Shown here: positions 61,228 to 64,000 of the stretch, one piece after another
Layout: each line of letters opens with the position of its first letter
How positions within the stretch are numbered: position 1 is the first letter of the stretch
Assembly (NCBI GenBank): GCA_944391565.1
Contig: CALXUB010000028.1
Coordinates: forward strand, 30,738 to 94,737
DNA length: 64,000 nt
Source of the DNA: an uncultured Alphaproteobacteria bacterium
Lineage (GTDB): Bacteria > Pseudomonadota > Alphaproteobacteria > CAAHEQ01 > UBA3637
Direction: 5' to 3'
Program-made: the position numbers and the translations under genes
The notes under the pieces: model-generated
The model's database searches: none
What the model saw: the letters and a program-made list of their open reading frames with translations, nothing else
What the model was told of the DNA's origin: nothing

Positions 61228-62150
61228 CCGGACAGATTTTGGAAATAGCAACAGATAATAAGCATTTGTCCGCCAAAGACGGATTTATCGTCATTTCGGA
61301 AGGACAGGTCGAGTTGGGCCGTATTCCGATTGACGCCGTTGAAGCCGTAGTTGTTTCTGCGCATGGCATCACTTACAGTCATTCTTTTTTGGTGCGCTTG
61401 TCAGAGAATAACATTCCGTTTGTGGCTTGCAATCAAAAGCACTTTCCCGTTTCTTATCTGCTTCCTTTAGAGGGACATTATAAGCAAGGCTCTGTGATGG
61501 ATGCTCAGCTTCAAGCAAATCTACCGCTTAATAAAAGGTTGTGGCGAGACTTAGTGAAAGCAAAAATTGCTATGCAAATCAGCGTTTTAACACATTATCA
61601 GAAGCCTGTGCAACGTTTAGAGTATTTATTGAAATCCGTCAAATCGGATGATAGTGAAAATGCAGAAGGTCAGGCAGCCCGTTTTTACTTTCAAGCATTG
61701 TTCGGAGACAATTTTATACGCGATCGTGAGGCGGATGGTATCAATGCCATGCTCAATTACGGATATACGGTTCTGAGGGCCTTTATCGCGCGTTATTCGA
61801 CGGCTGCCGGTTTGCATCCGACAATGGGGATTCATCATCGGAACGCTTTGAACGGATTTCGCTTAGCCGACGATTTGATGGAACCTTTTCGGCCGATTGT
61901 TGACTTTGCTGTTTATGAGATGATAACAAAGGGAGAAACGGCACTGACTTCAACCGTGAAGCAAAGCTTGGTTAATGTATTTTCAGGAAATATACCCGCT
62001 TTTTTGGGACAAACTCAAATAACAATCTGTATGCAGAATCTGTGTATTTCTTTGGCTAAAGTATATTTAAAAGAACGGGAGGAACTTGATTTGCCATATT
62101 CACCGCAACCATGGGATTGGGAGGCTTTAAATGCCTTCATCGCCGTATAA
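61224..62150 (+). CDS. cas1: Cas1
   Basis: 308 aa; overlaps the cas9 stop (ATGA); position. Confidence 0.85.
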   Translation: MTGQILEIATDNKHLSAKDGFIVISEGQVELGRIPIDAVEAVVVSAHGITYSHSFLVRLSENNIPFVACNQKHFPVSYLLPLEGHYKQGSVMDAQLQANLPLNKRLWRDLVKAKIAMQISVLTHYQKPVQRLEYLLKSVKSDDSENAEGQAARFYFQALFGDNFIRDREADGINAMLNYGYTVLRAFIARYSTAAGLHPTMGIHHRNALNGFRLADDLMEPFRPIVDFAVYEMITKGETALTSTVKQSLVNVFSGNIPAFLGQTQITICMQNLCISLAKVYLKEREELDLPYSPQPWDWEALNAFIAV

Positions 62151-62460
62151 TCAAATGTGGATGATGGTTATGTTTGATTTGCCGGTCGGAACGGCAAAAG
62201 AGCGTAAAAAAGCCACGGCTTTTCGAAAGGGACTCTTGGATCTTGGCTTCGAAATGTCACAATTTTCAGTTTATGTACGTTTTTGCGGCGACAGGCAGAA
62301 AACAGAACCTTATGTTCGAAAAATTAAGACGTTAATTCCGGAAAATGGGAGCGTCACGTTATTATTTTTTACGGATCGACAATTCTCCGATATTATTAAC
62401 TTTTCGAATCGAAAACGTAAAAAATTAAAGGAAAATCCGGCTCAGTTATCTCTGTTCTAG
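62131..62460 (+). CDS. cas2: Cas2
   Basis: 109 aa; overlaps cas1; MWMMVMFDLP start typical of Cas2. Confidence 0.85.
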   Translation: MPSSPYNQMWMMVMFDLPVGTAKERKKATAFRKGLLDLGFEMSQFSVYVRFCGDRQKTEPYVRKIKTLIPENGSVTLLFFTDRQFSDIINFSNRKRKKLKENPAQLSLF

Positions 62461-62468
62461 AGAGCTTT

Positions 62469-62497
62469 TGGGAGGATATTTTCTTATATCCTCCTTT
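62469..62497 (+). terminator. Rho-independent terminator after cas2 (GGGAGGATAT-TTTCTT-ATATCCTCC-TTTT)
   Basis: Read directly. Confidence 0.65.
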
Positions 62498-62521
62498 TAA
62501 AACAACGACTTAACTCAGTGA

Positions 62522-63020
62522 GATTATAGCAGATTAAAGAGTATGGTCAAGCCGTAACAATTCGTTGTCTACATAATTTTTTACTTCTATTATAGCAGAT
62601 TAAAGAGTATGGTCAAGCCGTAACACTATAATTTCAAAGTATTGGGATTTTGCTATTATAGCAGATTAAAGAGTATGGTCAAGCCGTAACTTATCAATGT
62701 GTTTATTTACATCAACATTAATTATAGCAGATTAAAGAGTATGGTCAAGCCGTAACTTGTTTATCCCTGTTGTTATATAGCTTTTTATTATAGCAGATTA
62801 AAGAGTATGGTCAAGCCGTAACATCACCTAAAATAATATTGAAAGCTTTTTTATTATAGCAGATTAAAGAGTATGGTCAAGCCGTAACTTTTCAAAACCG
62901 TCAAATTCAAGCCGAGAAATTATAGCAGATTAAAGAGTATGGTCAAGCCGCAACGCAACACGCGAGATCATTGACATCGTACAGATTATAGCAGATGAAG
63001 GAATATCTTGTTGACGAAAG
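62522..63020 (-). CRISPR. CRISPR array: 36-bp repeat (+ strand ATTATAGCAGATTAAAGAGTATGGTCAAGCCGTAAC), 7 spacers of 30-31 bp, repeat 7 variant (GCCGCAAC), degenerate 8th repeat at 62985. The crRNA-sense repeat is the reverse complement and ends in an extended -10 TGCTATAAT.
   Basis: Repeat starts 62522, 62589, 62655, 62721, 62787, 62853, 62919, 62985 counted directly. Confidence 0.95.
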
Positions 63021-63040
63021 CTGATTTTTCCTGTAAAATC
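63011..63040 (+). promoter_or_regulatory. Sigma70-like promoter TTGACG-N17-TAAAAT overlapping the degenerate terminal repeat
   Basis: Read directly. Confidence 0.4.
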
Positions 63041-63059
63041 AAAGCCAAAAGAAAAAACA

Positions 63060-63326
63060 ATGAAACAAAAAACGCCAAAAACCATTTTAAAAGAATACAA
63101 AGAAGCATATAATGCCCTTTTGGATCAAGTGTTGGAGATATCGGCTTTTGTGCTTTTTTGGCCTTTCTTTTATCTCTTTATCGAAACGGATATAACGGTC
63201 TTTAAAGCATTTCTGTATTACTTTCTGTCCTCCGTTTTTTCAGCTTTTTTCATCATGAAAATAATTGAATATTTCGTTTTAAAAAATGCTCTTAAAAGTG
63301 TTTCTGGTTTAAATAAAAGACTGTAA
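63060..63326 (+). CDS. Small membrane protein (88 aa), hypothetical
   Basis: Two hydrophobic helices. Confidence 0.35.
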   Translation: MKQKTPKTILKEYKEAYNALLDQVLEISAFVLFWPFFYLFIETDITVFKAFLYYFLSSVFSAFFIMKIIEYFVLKNALKSVSGLNKRL

Positions 63327-63412
63327 ACAAGGCTTCTGTTTTATATTCTTTTTATGAAAACACTGGACTTTTAGGGCGCAATCGGTTATGAAAAGAGCAA
63401 AAGGGAAAAAAG

Positions 63413-64000
63413 ATGACTTACGATAAACAAGATATTATTACAAAAAGGCGCACTTTCGCGATTATTTCTCACCCGGATGCCGGTAAAACAACTTTGACCG
63501 AAAAGCTGTTGTTGTTCGGTGGTGCGATTGCTATGGCCGGGGCTGTTAAAGCAAAGCGAGAACAACGTGCGGCGCATTCGGATTGGATGAAAGTGGAACA
63601 AGAGCGCGGTATTTCAGTGGCATCTTCTGTTATGACGTTTGATTATGCCGGTTGTACGTTTAATCTTTTGGATACGCCGGGACATGAAGACTTTTCGGAA
63701 GATACTTATCGTGTTTTAACGGCGGTCGATAGTGCGGTGATGGTGATTGACTGTGCAAAGGGGATTGAGGCTCAAACATTGAAATTGTTTGAAGTTTGTC
63801 GTCTTCGGGATATTCCGATTATTACCTTTATCAATAAATTGGACAGGGAAGGACAAGATTCGTTTGCTTTGTTGGAAGAAATCGAGCAGTCTTTGGCATT
63901 GGATGTTTGTCCGGCCAGTTGGCCTATTGGTATGGGACGTTCTTTTAAAGGCTGCTATGACTTATTGAATGATCGATTGAATTTAATTGATCGTTCTGCG
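63413..64000 (+). CDS. prfC: Peptide chain release factor 3 (N-terminal part; continues beyond the window)
   Basis: [19 protein letters not shown]1 motif and DTPGHEDF; RBS before the ATG at 63413. Confidence 0.85.
   Translation, partial: MTYDKQDIITKRRTFAIISHPDAGKTTLTEKLLLFGGAIAMAGAVKAKREQRAAHSDWMKVEQERGISVASSVMTFDYAGCTFNLLDTPGHEDFSEDTYRVLTAVDSAVMVIDCAKGIEAQTLKLFEVCRLRDIPIITFINKLDREGQDSFALLEEIEQSLALDVCPASWPIGMGRSFKGCYDLLNDRLNLIDRSA

Noticed and set aside
58138-62460. Type II-A or II-B assignment
   Set aside because: There is no csn2 or cas4 between cas2 and the array, the repeat is 36 bp, and the HNH motif is II-C/Nme-like.
62522-63020. Array transcribed from the + strand from a cas2-side leader
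   Set aside because: The + strand repeat has no -10 element, a terminator sits between cas2 and repeat 1, and every repeat carries TGCTATAAT on the minus strand.

Overview
The window looks like a chromosomal segment of a moderate-GC (~45%) Gram-negative bacterium, most likely an alphaproteobacterium. Evidence for that assignment: gene order rpmH-rnpA-yidD-yidC-engB and tig-clpP-clpX-lon-hupB-tRNA-Val, and an L34 ending in ...KGRKVLSA. Contents from left to right: (1) 1-9.7 kb, a minus-strand surface-polysaccharide cluster with four GT2 glycosyltransferases, a GT1-like enzyme, glf, fcl, gmd, a cytidylyltransferase and a cupin sugar isomerase; the leftmost GT2 carries a 13-G homopolymer tract in its 5' coding region and is currently out of frame. 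(2) 9.8-20.8 kb, housekeeping genes: U32 peptidase, ABC-F ATPase, metallophosphoesterase, TrmN6-like methyltransferase, BamE-like lipoprotein, yceD, L34, RNase P protein, yidD, yidC, engB. (3) 21-29.6 kb, accessory genes: a MsrA-like protein with Ser in place of the catalytic Cys, an ankyrin-repeat protein, three alpha/beta hydrolases, AraC, a flavoprotein and a CMD/cupin protein. (4) An AT-rich type II R-M cassette (SPPY methyltransferase plus a MvaI/BcnI-like endonuclease) beside tRNA-Thr, which has a 30-bp partial duplicate of its 5' half nearby. (5) P-type ATPase, flavin reductase, outer membrane protein, umuDC. (6) An AT-rich island next to tRNA-Pro with small membrane proteins, a 56-aa NrdD-like glycyl-radical mini-ORF, an orphan N6A methyltransferase and fragmented downstream ORFs. 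(7) MazG-like and acyl-ACP thioesterase genes, then a czcICBA-like heavy-metal efflux operon. (8) A pilin-like gene carrying an interrupted G6-A-G6 tract with an out-of-frame ATG+RBS, followed in frame by a single TGA and then Cys-rich EGF-like and C-type-lectin-like secreted proteins. (9) tRNA-Val, hupB, lon, clpX, clpP, tig, tRNA-Leu. (10) A compact type II-C CRISPR-Cas locus: cas9 of about 1029 aa, cas1, cas2, and a 36-bp-repeat array with 7 spacers plus a degenerate terminal repeat. Each repeat carries an extended -10 (TGnTATAAT) on the minus strand, so crRNA and a predicted tracrRNA (57976-58066) are both read from the minus strand, antisense to the cas genes. prfC begins at the right edge. 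The most noteworthy items are the two CACTAG-G13-type slipped-strand switches (one glycosyltransferase, one pilin-like/adhesin-like module), the eukaryote-like secreted proteins, the self-promoted II-C array with its divergent tracrRNA, and the stand-alone NrdD-like glycyl-radical mini-protein.
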